Below, piece by piece: positions 1 to 21,408 of a stretch of 64,000 nt of DNA. Source of the stretch: Adineta vaga (taxonomy: Eukaryota; Animalia; Rotifera). The stretch lies in the NCBI GenBank assembly GCA_021613535.1, contig CP075494.1, positions 14,260,001-14,324,000 of the forward strand, given 5' to 3'. Position numbers and translations under genes: made by a program. Under the pieces are notes generated by a model. It was not told where the DNA came from. It worked only from the letters and a program-made list of their open reading frames with translations, and did not search any database. Every line of letters starts with the position of its first letter. The stretch's first letter is position 1.

Positions 1-488
1 ATTAAATTGATAAAATTCAAAAAATTTACTATAACTTAAAAACATTTGATGTTACTCCTTTACCTTACTGTATAAGTTAATAAATATTTTTCTAACGCTT
101 TGTCGAGCAATTATGAATTACTATTAAAATCAATATTTGTTTTTCAATCTCTTTAATATTCTTTTTTTTTCTCGTTGTTAAAACTGACATAGTTGAGTGC
201 ACTTTTAAGAAAGAGAAAAAGAATGCATACAGTGCAATGAAGTGAAAGACTAAACTCAAACAATCGAAATTTATAAGTCTTCTTCTTAAAAAAGAAAATC
301 TCGAACTTTCATCTACTCTCACAAAAGAACATCGAGAATCCGTTGTTTGTGTGAATGAACTGAAACATACTCAAATTATTCAAAAAGTAGATTTGAATGA
401 GAATTTATTCGAAGATTAAATAAAACGAAATTATAACGAATTCAAAAAAAACATCATGTCATTGGTTTTTTTTCTTTCATTGAAATTA

Positions 489-703
489 TTATTTTAAAAT
501 AACCCATAATGCATGAATGAACCCTAAAATAATGATAAAATATGTAAGTATTACATTCAATCAAGAAACATACCTGGTAACCAAAATAGAATAGTTAAGA
601 TTAAATTTATCAGTGTAGTATTATTACATGAACCTTGATGAAGATAGACGGCCAATGGTGGAATGAAGAAAGCGAGAATGACCAGTAAAATTGTTGAGAC
701 CAT
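489..703 (-). CDS. Pmp3/YqaE/RCI2 (UPF0057) family plasma-membrane proteolipid, 54 aa, 2 exons (703-574, 523-489)
   Basis: Hand-spliced translation MVSTILLVILAFFIPPLAVYLHQGSCNNTTLINLILTILFWLPGFIHALWVILK*. It has the family motifs PPLAV, INLILT, LPG and IHA, two hydrophobic segments and a 50-nt GT-AG intron. Not in the ORF track. Confidence 0.92.
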
Positions 704-1617
704 TATTGGTATAATGTAATTCGAGAATATTCAAAGACAAATCTAAAAGAATGCTAAACGTTAATTTTTGCTCCGTACAAATGCGCTACATTTTCATTAA
801 TAAAGAATGAAAAAAAAAGTGCTGCAATCGTTTTCTAACTACCAATTGCTATATATATAATTCTTCGGGAAGGTTTATTTGATGTAAAAATTGAGTATGT
901 TAAGACTTATAATGGAGTTTTCTTTTCTTTTTTTTTATGTCGAAAAAATAATATTCTCTTTCTCTCTTCTACTCAGAATAATGTCTCTCGTCATTATGTA
1001 TATGAAATTGTTAAAAGCTGTCACTATGCTACTGCTTTAGAACTACAATTTGAATATATTAACACTCACGATATTGTTTTAGAGAAGAGAAAAAGAATTG
1101 AAAATTTTAAAATAACAATCGGTCTCGCTATCAGCACATTGTACTTCTAAAAGAAATTCCGTACAAAACTCTGATTTTATTAGTTCTCATAGCGAATTAT
1201 TTCGTCTTTCAATTTTTTATAAAAATTATGAAGAAGTAAATTTCAAAGAATCGTTTCTATTACTGTTCTATAAAAGTTTAAAGGAACATGCCAAGAAAAC
1301 AAAATGCTGAAAAAATCACGATTTTTTTCTCAGTAATGAAAGCGTATCGAAATGTTTCATATAAATGTATGATATAGTGTTCAATTTCTTTCCTGGCTGT
1401 AGTTGAAATCGATCATGCGATGATTGAAATGTCGTTAACGAAAGAAATCTAAATGATCTGTTCTTAATCAATATGATTCGTAATAAAAACAAAATTAAAC
1501 ATCATTATTCGAGAAAATACTTTATCTTCAGTGAAACAATGAATTTCTAGACAAAATGAGAATCTATAAATTATGTAGTAGAGAACTTTAACTAATGATA
1601 TTTATGAACACATTATT

Positions 1618-1920
1618 TTACATTTCTTTCCAGATATTAAAGAACATCGAATTGAATGACTTTTTCCAATACATGCTTGAATAACATTGATCTGTATTGT
1701 TATATAGTTCGATTAAGTCGTTCAAATTCTGTTGAATATCGAGTGCAGATGGATGATTAGCATTATATCTATCGGTAGAATTTACACCATTCAGGCGCTG
1801 ATAGTAATCAATGATGCCGTATATTATTAGTATACTAGTACAAATGATATACCTGAAGAAATTTCTTCTAACTATAAACTCTATATTTTTGATAACCAAG
1901 CGTACCTTTAATTTTGTCAT
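1618..1920 (-). CDS. Hypothetical 100-aa ORF with one hydrophobic segment; possibly a gene fragment
   Basis: ATG-started uninterrupted ORF with protein-like composition and a TM-like stretch (FFRYIICTSILIIYGIIDYY). No family recognised. Confidence 0.25.
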   Translation of the reverse strand: MTKLKVRLVIKNIEFIVRRNFFRYIICTSILIIYGIIDYYQRLNGVNSTDRYNANHPSALDIQQNLNDLIELYNNTDQCYSSMYWKKSFNSMFFNIWKEM

Positions 1921-3327
1921 TAGTACTTAGATCAGTTTTAAAAGATCATAATCATGACTTGTCAGTGTCTTTTTCACTGATGAACTATACAGCAGTGGAC
2001 TTCGAATAAAATGAGAGGTCGCACACCTCTCTAGGTGTCGCTATCACAAACCTCAAAGACAAACCCGTACTTCAAATGCTCTTTTCCTACAGAGACGATT
2101 GTTCAAACTCTTTCTAACTCTTATATTTACGGAAAAACTTCAAGATATTTAGATATTATTGACGATGTGTTTGTTAGTTTTTATTTTAAACAAGAATCGA
2201 ATGGTGATATATTTATTTTATTTCAAAATATTCTCCAGAATTTGATGACGATCGATATATTTTCAATTTCATTCTACGTTCAAATATATCGATCGATATA
2301 AAAAGACAAATTATAGTTTCGAAAAGGTATGTTTATTCCTTATAATAACAAGGATTTGTATCAAAGTATAACGAATGACCTTATCCTCTTATCGCCTGAT
2401 CACGTGAAAACACGTTTTTCTACATATACTTTTATTTGCCTAAATATATATTTATGTGCATAAATAAAATACAAATTTTGTTCTACCATCTCATCTTTTA
2501 ATAATGTAACTAAAACAAACCACTCTCCGTCTGTCGTCTCCTCAGTTGCCATACGCATGATAAACATGTATACGACATAGTATGTTTCTTTAATTTGAAT
2601 TATTATACACAAAGTTCCGTAATGAAATTTCAAGATATATATTTGATTTTGTTTAGCTATGGTTTATTTCTCATTGATTGACGTTTCCTAATGATTCAAC
2701 ATCGAACGAGTCACAGATGTTTATAATACTTCTTTTATTTGTTTGATCTATTGTTCTGTTTGTTTCAAATGCTAAATGGTTACTTATTGTTAAATATATA
2801 AGTTCGCTACTTATATCGTAACTATAATTAAAAACAAATATATGGCCTCGATAAAAGTCTTAAATAGAAAAATAACTCATATACGTCTATAAAATTTGTT
2901 TTTCTTCACCCGTTCGCAACTATCATAAGATATGATTACATTTTTTTTCTACTTTCAGTTGTCTAGACGAAAACGACTGAGAAGTGACACATGCAAACAG
3001 GAAAAATCTTTTGTGGTTGATAGAATCCTTTATTAATTTATATTTCCTGATTAGTATTTTGATTATAAGTATTTTTTTTTAGTAATTCAGTTCATGAATC
3101 AATAATGAGAAAGATTTTTCGTATTAAACTTGTAAATACTGATATCTTTCATTTCTTCTCTAAGATTATGAAATAACTTCTATGATGGAAGTATAGAGAA
3201 AAAAATATTATTTTTATTAAATTTCAGACAGTATTAAAGGAATTATTGTTAATGATTTTATAAACCAAATATATTTTAGCAAATTACTTACAATAAATTC
3301 AATTTAAAATTATTTTCTTTGGCAAAT

Positions 3328-3798
3328 ATGAACCAAATTGAAGAAATGTTAGCCACGGTGACTGGTTCTGTTACACCATATCAACAGATCCTTTTTGCTC
3401 CGATGATTCAAATTGTGTATCAAGTACCGGTCTTTCCAACAAGACCAGAAATACATTTTGGAGGAACAATAGCACATACTTTGCCGATTGATCTGACGAT
3501 TAATCAACAAACCTTAAATCCATTACCCGTGGAAATAGATGCAACGAATATAATTGAAAATGATCCACCTCCAGACGACAATTTTAAAGTGGGAATGGTC
3601 GTTCAGGTTAATCGAAAAAGAAAACCTCCTTCAAAAAAACATTCCACTTGTGTATTTTTTAGGAAGATAATTTTGCAACACAGACAAATACCACTGCAAT
3701 TGATCAAGGTGCCATAATACGTAAGTTACAAAAAACATCTTCTCATATTCATTCGATATGTATTAATTTCCATGATTTTAGCTCCATTAAATAATTAA
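3328..3798 (+). CDS. Orphan Pro/Thr/acidic protein, about 117 aa, 3 exons (3328-3606, 3663-3720, 3782-3798)
   Basis: ATG at 3328. Two GT-AG introns of 56 and 61 nt (typical size in this window) keep the frame to TAA at 3796-3798. No homology recognised. Confidence 0.55.
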
Positions 3799-4505
3799 TA
3801 TACAATCATTAAAACCACATCCTCAACTTAATCATTTAGTATAACTACAAAAAAACAAAATTCAATAAGGTTTCTTGTCTATTTTAGTTACTACTCATCT
3901 CTTGCTTTTTTCTCCTTAAAGGATGTAAAATTCACACTTTTAACTAATTTATAAAAATAATCATACTCTCATTGCAATTTTGACATCTGTCGGTTTTATA
4001 CCTTCAGAATAGAAAATCACGAGGAGAATACTCAATCTTTTTTTGTCTGACTTCGGTCCCTTAACAAAATACACCTAGTGTAATTCTTGTTGAAATACCG
4101 ATCTAGTCAAACAAATTTTTATTTTTTTGTGTTTTCTCTCGTTGTTTCATTCATAATATTTCTAAAAATATGAATTTTTTCGTTGCTGTATATATGTACA
4201 TATTAATTTTCTCTATTTAATCACGAAATTTTATTGTAATCTCGACGTTTTTTGTTGTTTTATTAATCATTATTATTATTCACAATAAACCAGACATTTA
4301 CCTTTTTTTTTTCAATCGAATTCAACATTAGATACTAATGCCATCTGTGCAATGTTCTCTTTTTTTGACGTAAGAAATGAATAATCAACATGTAACCAAT
4401 CGATGTTAAGAGAAATGGCCAGTGAATGAATGATACTTGAGTGACCTTGTTTGTAAAAGTCAAAACTTTTTTTTTATAAAATGTTTTAGTGTATATTCAT
4501 TTCCA

Positions 4506-7500
4506 ATGTCTGTTTTACCGTCCATTCAAGTATTTTACATTCTTCTCGTCTTACATTCCATATCAAGTAAGATTCACATATTTTTTCCTGTCATCCACAT
4601 CGTCTCTTTTTTTTTCCTTCTAGTTATTAATGCCTTAACGACAGTTGATCTTTACAGCCCATGTAAAAAACAACCAGCATTAGGTGTGGAATCTGGTGCT
4701 ATTCCAAATGCAGCATTTTTTGCTTCATCATTTGTACAAGGTCGTGAACCATATACAGCACGACTCAATACTCGTTATGGTTTGTTTGCTTTTCTTTTTG
4801 GTTGTATTCAAATAAATTTCTATTCCGTTTTCTTTAAATTAAAGCATGGAGACCTGCTTATATGGATGCTGATCAATATCTTTTTATTGATCTTGGTTCT
4901 CGATATTATGTAACAGCTATCTCAACTCAAGGACGTCGTGCTGCAAAAGAATACGTAACCGTATATAATCTAATGTATTCTGATAATGGTCATAATTGGT
5001 TTTATTATACAAATGAAGATAAAATAATTGTGGTAAATGAAAATTTGACAAAAGGATAATGAACATTTGTTCGTTATGAATGAATTTTGTTTTTGTAGAA
5101 TTTTCCGGGAAATAGAAATGATAATATAATCGTTCGAAATAATCTTACCGATCCAATTATAACACGATATGTACGTTTTAATCCACGACAATGGAATAAT
5201 TTCATTTCCATGCGTGTTGAAGTATTCGGATGTCCATTTAGTAAGAAAATGAGTTGAATTTATTTCGGAAAAGTTTGATTTTCTTTTTTCTATTCAGCTT
5301 CGTCATCATTTAATTTCGATGGTCAAACAATATCCTATTTTGATGCTACACCTGCTCCGTTACATAACATTCAAGATGAATTACGTTTACGTTTTAAAAC
5401 AAATTATCCACATGGTGTTTTATTCTATGCAAAAGGAACACAAAATAATGATTTCTTAGCAATTGAACTTCGAAATGGAAGTATTTTTGTTAATATTGAT
5501 TTAGGTAAAATTTTCTTTCGTTCAATTTCTTGTCGTCATGAAAGACTTTTGTTGATAGGTTCAACACCGGAACGTCCAGGTGCAACATTAATTCAAGCTG
5601 GTAGTGTTTTAGATGATTATCAATGGCATGATTTAGCCATCACACGTTATTTGAAAAATATATCTGTGAAAATTGATCAAGCAGTTGTTCAAGAAGAATC
5701 GCGAAGTGCTTTCAATGGTTTAGATCTTGATGGAAAGGTAAAATATAACAAAAAATCCAAATGAAATCTATTAGAATGAACGTTCTTTAGCTCTATGTGG
5801 GTGGCGCACCTAATCATATGGAACGAGGAATAACTGTTCGACCAAATTTTCAAGGTTGTTTAGAAAATGTTTTATACATAAGTCCATCGACACGAAGTAT
5901 TTTTGATATGTTACAAAATTTACAAAAACAATTACCATTCTATGGTCTCGAACAAGGCATGGTTGGTTCTGGTGCTCTTTGTGACGTAAGTAACATATGA
6001 ATTCTTTGTTTTTATCCATCGAATTTATTCATTATATACAATAGACATACATACAGAAGTGAGGAGAACATAAGTTTTGTAAATAATGCTGTGCTATTCT
6101 TTTTATTTTTGCATGATAAACATGTTTATGAAGTGTATGTTGTTGCATGATGATAATGCATGGGATAAACGATATATTATTCCATTGAATTTGAATTTAA
6201 AGGGAAAGAAAAATGAACGATCTATTTTAGGATGATTCAATGAATTTACATTCGTATACATTTAAACGATTTGATTCTTATTTGGAAATCTTTCGTAAAC
6301 CAGGTGCAACATCTATTGATATTAATTTTCAAATGCGTACATTTGAACCGAATGGTGTGTTATTTTATACAAATTTATCTGAACCAAGACAATTAATGGT
6401 TGGAATCAATGATGTTCCCGATCAAGATTTTCTTCGAGTAAAAGAAAAAGATCGATTTTAGATTATGTAAAAATGTTTTTGTTTTTTCTCTTGTTCAGCT
6501 TTTCTTAGATGAAGGACAATTAGGTTGTACAGTACAATTAGAAGGAAATAAACGAACAGTTCGCCATCATCGAAGTAAAATTTTTACTTTCGAAATTCTT
6601 TTCAAATAAAATGAACGTTTTGTTTAGATAATTTACATGATGGTCAATGGCATGAAATCAGTCTTTTATTGACACAATTTCGATTTAATATAACAGTTGA
6701 TTATGAACCCGAATTTTCTTTTACACGAAATAATTTATCAACAACAGATCGATTTACATTTAGTACAAATGGTGATCAAGTGAACCGTGAAACTGCGATG
6801 AATGGTTTCGTTGGTTGTATACGACAGTTAGTAATGAGTGGTATACAAATTTTACCACGAGATTTAGTCAGTAATTTAACAGTTGCAAAAACAAATGAGA
6901 ATAGACCAAGAACAGGAACAGTAATTAATCATGGTGTATTAGTTGATGCTTGTGAAATGTTTGATCGTTGTAATCCGAATCCCTGTCGTCATGGTGGAGT
7001 ATGTCATCAGGTAAGAGGCGTATCTTAATTGAAATTTAGATCATACGATAGATTTGAGCTTTTAATGAGTCGTTGAATACTTTATGCGTGAAAGATGATT
7101 ATGTAAGAGGTCTAGTACATATTCTATGACGTAATGAATAATTGTATAGAATTTTCTTTTTCATTAAAAATTCTATACGTTTTTAAAAGGAAAGAACAAA
7201 AAAAACATGTTAGTAACAGATTTATTTTTTTATGATTATTTCAATAAATGTCAACAACTTAACAAAATCTTGTTTTTTTCCCTCTCTCTCTCTCACTAAT
7301 AGACTTGGACGCGATTCTATTGTGATTGTTCAAATACGGGTTATAGTGGTGCTGTTTGTCATATCAGTGATATGCCATTATCATGTCTTGATTATAAATT
7401 AAATCGTATGAAAATCGATGAAATTATTCCTGAACGTTTAACTTTAATCGATATCGATGGTAGTGGTCCATTAACTCCATTTTGGGTTGTTTGTCGTTAT

Positions 7501-9823
7501 GGTTCGAAATCAGAAATTCTCAATGTTACTGAAATTGGTCATTATCATGAATTAGAAAGTTATGTCTCCAGTGGTTATCAATTGCCTAATTCAATTTATT
7601 CACAAACAATTAATTATCGTGTTCCATTAATTCCATTATTTGCTCTTATTGATCGTTCACATGTATGTAAACAATATCTTGAATATACGTGTTTTAATTC
7701 ACGTTTATTAAATTATCCTAATGCACCATTTGGTTGGTGGGTTGGACGTACTAATCAAACAATGGATTATTGGGGTGGAAGTGAAATAGGAACAGGCAAA
7801 TGTTCATGTGGATTAGATATGACCTGTGCAAATCCAAATCTTTTCTGTAATTGTGACTCACAGTTTACGACTGAATTGAAAGATGGAGGATTTTTAACAC
7901 GAAAAGAATTTCTACCAATTCTTCGGGTTGAATTTGGTGATACAGGTATTTACAAAAACATATTAATGGTAATAAAAGTAATGAACTTTGTTTGCATTTA
8001 AGGACCAAGTGGATCACAACAATATGGTCGATATCAAGTTGGTCGTCTTTATTGTGAAGGAGATTTACTCTATGATAATACAGTAACATTTCGAAAAGCT
8101 GATGCTATTATAACAGTACCACCGTTTGAAGCGAAAGTTGCTGGTGATATACGTTTTCAGTTCAAAACTGGTTTTGATTCAGCAACATTTGGCTCAGCTA
8201 TAATTGTACAAAATATTGGATATGATGATGGAGATTTAATTGAAGTAAAATCTCTTTCTTCTCTGAATAGAAACGAAAAAGTCGAAATCATTTTTCCTTT
8301 CAGATTCGTCTTCAATCACCACGTGAGATAGCTTTTCGATATAGTGTTGGTCGTGGAACAAATATTGTGACAATTCGTGCGCCATATGATTTCAACGATA
8401 ATGATTGGCATACAGTTCAAATTGAAATCAATCGTCAAGAAGCTCGATTAACTGTCGATGGTCTTTCAGCTGCTAATCCTGAAGATCAAACAACATTTCG
8501 ACACATTCGTTTATCATCAAATTTAACAATTGGAGCATCGGTAACTAATCGTAATGGTTTTGTTGGTTGTATTCGAGCATTTCAAGTCAATGGTGAATTA
8601 GTTGATTTAAAATCACAAGCATTACGTGGTTTGTATGGTGTTTCACCTGATTGTGTTGGAAAATGTGAAAGTAATCCATGTTTAAATGGAGGAAGATGTA
8701 ATGAACGTTGGTCAACATATGATTGTGATTGTACATTTACACCATTTCGTGGACCGATTTGTTCAACTGAAATCGGAACACGACTTGAAGCGAATACAAT
8801 GATTAAATATACATTTCCTACCGAAGGTAATTCATTTGTTTTCTATAACATAATTTGTATCAATGGAAATCTAGGTGTGACTGCAACGGAAGAAGAAACC
8901 ATTCGTGTTTTATTTACTACCTATAAGAAACAAGGTATTTTAATTCAATTAAAATCCGATAAAGTTGATGAAAAAGGTATGGTTGATTATTTTACTCTTG
9001 AAATGAATAATAATGGTGGTGTACGTGTTAAATTTAATTATGGTTTTGATACATTTGAATATAATGTTCCATACGATCTAACCAATGGACAAGATCATGA
9101 AGTAATTGTTACACGTCGTGAATATGGTAAACGTATTATAATTAGTGTTGATAATTATGAACCATATATTGATGTATTTCCACAAACTCAACAAATTGAT
9201 ATGCAATTTGATAGTCCACGTGTTATGTATATAGGACGAAATGAAACAACACCACCAGAACAAGGTTTTAGTGGTTGTATTGCTCGATTACAATTTAATC
9301 GTATATTTCCATTAAAATATGCCTTTTTGGAAGAACGTGATCCAAATATTACATGGACTGGTGGCAATATTCGGTAATTAAGCAGAAGAAAAAAAAATAG
9401 AGATATACATAAGAAATCCAATTTGTTCTTTAGTGAATGGCCATGCGGTACAGAACCTGTTAAATATCTTCCTGAACCAGTTGAAATTCCACCAGATCGT
9501 GGCTTTTCTATTCTTGGTTTGTTGATTCGTTTGTATTAATCATCAAATCAAAGTTTTCTTTCATTTTTCTAGCTCTACCACGACCGCTCTACAAGCAAAA
9601 TATTTACGGAAGAAATGTTGGTCTAATCGTTGGTTTTCTAAGTCTTCTTTTCTTTATTCTAATTGCAGCTGCGAGTTTTTGCTATAATAAATCACGTAAA
9701 AGTGGACATTATAGAACCAAAGAAGATCAAGGTGCTGATCAAGCTATTGATGCTGATACGGCTATTATTCGTGGTGATCCTCGTCATCCGAATGTAACCG
9801 AAGCACGTGAATGGTTTTTTTAG
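4506..9823 (+). CDS. Nrx-IV: Neurexin IV / contactin-associated protein (Caspr/CNTNAP family), multi-exon
   Basis: Signal peptide, discoidin F5/8C domain (ALGVESGAIP, AISTQGR, SMRVEVFGC), four laminin-G domains (NFQGCL, GFVGCIR, GFSGCI), two EGF repeats (CNPNPCRHGGVC, CESNPCLNGGRC), fibrinogen-like segment (IDIDGSGPLTPFWVVC), TM helix, band-4.1-binding tail (SGHYRTKEDQGAD) and PDZ-ligand end REWFF*. Confidence 0.95.
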
Positions 9824-10171
9824 AAAAATCATTCTGTTTCATATTGCAATTGCTCATCAATAAGATTTTGATTATTGTTCACATTTGTGTGCAGTTATTT
9901 TTGTATAGAATTTCATTTACTTAGTATTTCATTTTATTAATTCTATCATTTTTTTCTGTGTGTGAGTTCTCTTTTGTTTGTTTTTTACTGTCTTTTGTTT
10001 TTTTAATATTAGCTAAAGTTTACATATACTCAGAGAAAATCAGTGTACTCTCCTATGTTAATAAACAAGTGAATCTCGAAGAATATTCAATGTTTTAATA
10101 TAAACATAAAACAAATTAAGATCATTGTGATTTTAGATGAATTTTATTTGATTTAGTATGTCAAATAAATA

Positions 10172-17949
<7,778 letters not shown>

Positions 17950-20900
17950 AGATTAAAAAATAATGATATGATGTGTTTTGTTTTCTGTTCTTGTTGTTAT
18001 TTTTCTTCTAGTCTAATTGTCAAAATAACGAAACAAACGAAAATAAATCAATACAGTATTTGAAAACATTAATCTTAATATAAATGATAAAATCTTGATT
18101 TATGAGAAGAAAATACAATGCACTGAATAATATGTCAGAATGAAATTCTTATCTAAATAATAACAACATTATAGAGATAGAAATAGAAACTCGAACATGT
18201 TTGATCTTACATTAGTGTTATTAGTTTCCTCTACTAGCTAATTTATTATTTGATTCATATATGAAATTCTTTTCTCTCTCTTATTAGGTGATGTTTTCCT
18301 TTCTTCTCCTCTTCGTTTTCTTCTTTCTATTCAATTATAACACGGTAAATTTAGTTTTAAGACTGAATGCATACAATTATTACCGTCAAGAATTTTTCTT
18401 GATCGAGTAGATAAAGAAAGTAGTAGTAGCAGCAGCAGCAGCAACAACAACAACTAGTTTAAGTAAATATGCATGCTTCAAGTACTTAGCTAAATCAATA
18501 TAGAACGACAATCATCAACGAAAGTGAAGTATATAAAAACATTTCTTTTGAAAACTTATTAATAATCTTTAAAAAAAAACCTATCCTCTTCACTTTGTTG
18601 AAAGAATTCTATAGTGTTTGAGAACTTGATCTTTCGTACAAAAGAAAAGAAAAGTGTCCATAAAATGACTGACGTTAACAGAGCAGATGTTCCTTATTGT
18701 ATACTTGATAATAATAAAAAAAAAAGAATGAGAAAAGAAAACAACAAACAATGCTGTCATGTCAAAATATACAATTAGTTCGAACATATATGTGATAGTA
18801 GAGTTTCTTTTGCTAAGACGTAGGAAGTTGTTTCATTATTTGATGTTGAAAGACATTGTCTGTCGATTTTCGAACGATGATGTTGAAAGATTTTCTTCTC
18901 TCAAGAGAAATACATCCATTCAGATTATCATCAGGGTAAGACTAACTGTATATTATTTTGAATAACAAACTTTGTTATTACTTAGTACTTTATTGATAAA
19001 TTCATTTAAGAAACATGACCGCTTTTTTTTAGTCTAAGAAAGAAAAACAAAATATATATATAGATACTGCTTTTGTTTTTTGTATAAACCATATGTCATT
19101 ATAATATTCCTGATAGCGAAAGTTTAGTGCGAAATAAAATTTTTGATGAATCTTGTTCCGGCTTTTTTCTTCTCTAAAAACATCCTTTCCAAGTGTTCCT
19201 ACGCTCGTTTCACGACACGATTACAAACATAATAAGTGACTATTAGATACTGATGATTACATTTCTCTCACTATTCGACATCTTCCGCTCGGATACTATT
19301 AGAATAAGTACCAGCAAATCTTTCTGTTATTGAAAGTGCATTGATATATAAGAATTATCAAACATGCAAAGAAAATCAACGTCTTTATATCATAGATGCG
19401 CAGAAAATTGAAACGTTTGGTTAGTTTTCATGATACAATCCGAATAATAACGGTACGTTTATGAAAATAATTATTGGACATTTGTTTTCTAATTGTGAAT
19501 ACTTCAAATGCATATGAAATGAATTGTTTTGAGTAAATGCGTGAGATTTTATCAAAATATTCAATTAGTTTTTTATGTTTTTATTGAAACTATAATTAGG
19601 TGAATAAATAGACGTCATAGATAATAATAAAATACGTATAAATATGGCACAGACTTCGCATTACGTCAGTTGAAATTTAATGAGATTTTTTTTTCTATTT
19701 TCTAAATAATAGAAAAGAAAAATGAGACATTTTAGTATAATCATTTCTCATCGAGGAAGGGGTTTTGTTTTTTTTGTATTATTTTCTTGTAGAAATATTA
19801 TCATGAGAATTTTAACGTAAAATCAATTAAAGTTTGTGTATGGAAGAATAGATGTTCGATTTTCGAAAAACAAAATTTCATGTTTCGAGCAATAAGTTTG
19901 ATTATAAAAATAGGCCACACTCGCACTGGAATATTAGCATTGACAGCTAGACATTATCACTAGAGATATTTATCTCGGTAGAAACAAACTCCTTAGTTGC
20001 TTATTTAATCTTCACAAGAAAACGTTATATTTACTTATAATCTCTTGTCTTCTTCTTTCTCTAGGCAATCTAACACTTTGCTAGTTATGTGTTATCATTC
20101 TAACAGCAGCAGCAACTGCTGATGTTTTTCTCATCGAACTTCTTTGCTCTTCTCATTCTCTTGTATATGCACTCAATATAGTTCTTCATTTTTGTACTTT
20201 ATCAATGACTTAGAATAGGTAATAAGAGAGAAAAATTCTTTTGCAATTTAATTCTTTTTGATTGATTGTATTCATGTACGATTAATTTGTCTGTTGAAAG
20301 TAGATTTAATGAATTAGATTTTTTTTGATAAATGACTTTTTTTTTAATTTCATATAGAAAGGTGAAAAGCTCTTTGATTATTTTCATTGTACGATTGATT
20401 TAGGGTAATTGAAATGTAAATGAAATCACTTGTAAAACGATGGGAAAGGAAGGCATTCCGATCGATTCTTTAATCCCCTTATCTAATCACTGATCTGTTT
20501 GTTGTGTGTGCCTTTTTTTTCCCTAGAATGTTAGAAGTTCTCTTATTTCCTCGTCATCTGCATAATAGAAAAGCATCTAAATGTTTTCATACGAAGTCAC
20601 AAGAGACATTTCGTTTAATGAAAGGAAGGAAATAAATGTGATGTCTCGTTGTTTTTGTCATAAAGAACATTCCATGTATGAATTTTAGGTAGACTAATAT
20701 GCTTTATGAATAGAAATGATCATCTTTTTTACGTATAATTTTCTCCAGATAAAAAATATTTTCTTCATGAAAAATCGCGTCTTTTTTAAATATAGTTTTC
20801 ATCTACTATATATTTTTTGTTTCCCCTTTAGTAAATCGAATCAAATCATTCGCTAGATTTAATTCTTATCGTTTAAGACGATTAGAAGAATTCTTTTTTT

Positions 20901-21408
20901 TCTTTTTATTATTAACTGATTATGAAAAAAATGTAAACATCAGCATGTCGTATACTTTTTATGCAATATCAATGTTTTCTAATTGGACAAGTTGCATCTG
21001 CGCCAAAATGTGCTCATTAGCCGCATGTAAGAATAACAAAAGAAGTGAGAAAGAGATTATAAAGGACAACTATATGCATACACGCTACTGTCAATCATTT
21101 TTTTTTGAGAATAATTAAGTAAATGACAATTTGAGATGTTGTGACTTCTACGGGAGAACAGCGTTCTTTTTTGTGAGAAATCTCCTTTTTTGTATCAGCT
21201 TGCTTTATCTTCTCTCCAGTTCCTATACTAAAATGATTAGTTTTTTTTTCTTCTTGTAATTGTCTTGCAAAATATTCTATTGCGATTGCGAAGATAAAAA
21301 AAGAGAGAGAGAGAAAGAGAGAGTGGGAGGAAATAGAAATTCAAATAAAAAAATGTGCTTTATTTCTTTTCTTCTAGATGAATTGTTAAAAAGCAAAAGA
21401 CTTGGATT

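Noticed and set aside
3916-4064. TTAA-flanked segment suggesting a piggyBac/Kolobok-type element
   Set aside because: The two ends are not inverted repeats of each other, and TTAA is very frequent at this AT content.
5987-6230. Possible micro-exon or C/D snoRNA in a longer Nrx-IV intron
   Set aside because: The candidate micro-exon is 14 nt and would shift the frame. TGATGA has no matching CTGA D box nearby.
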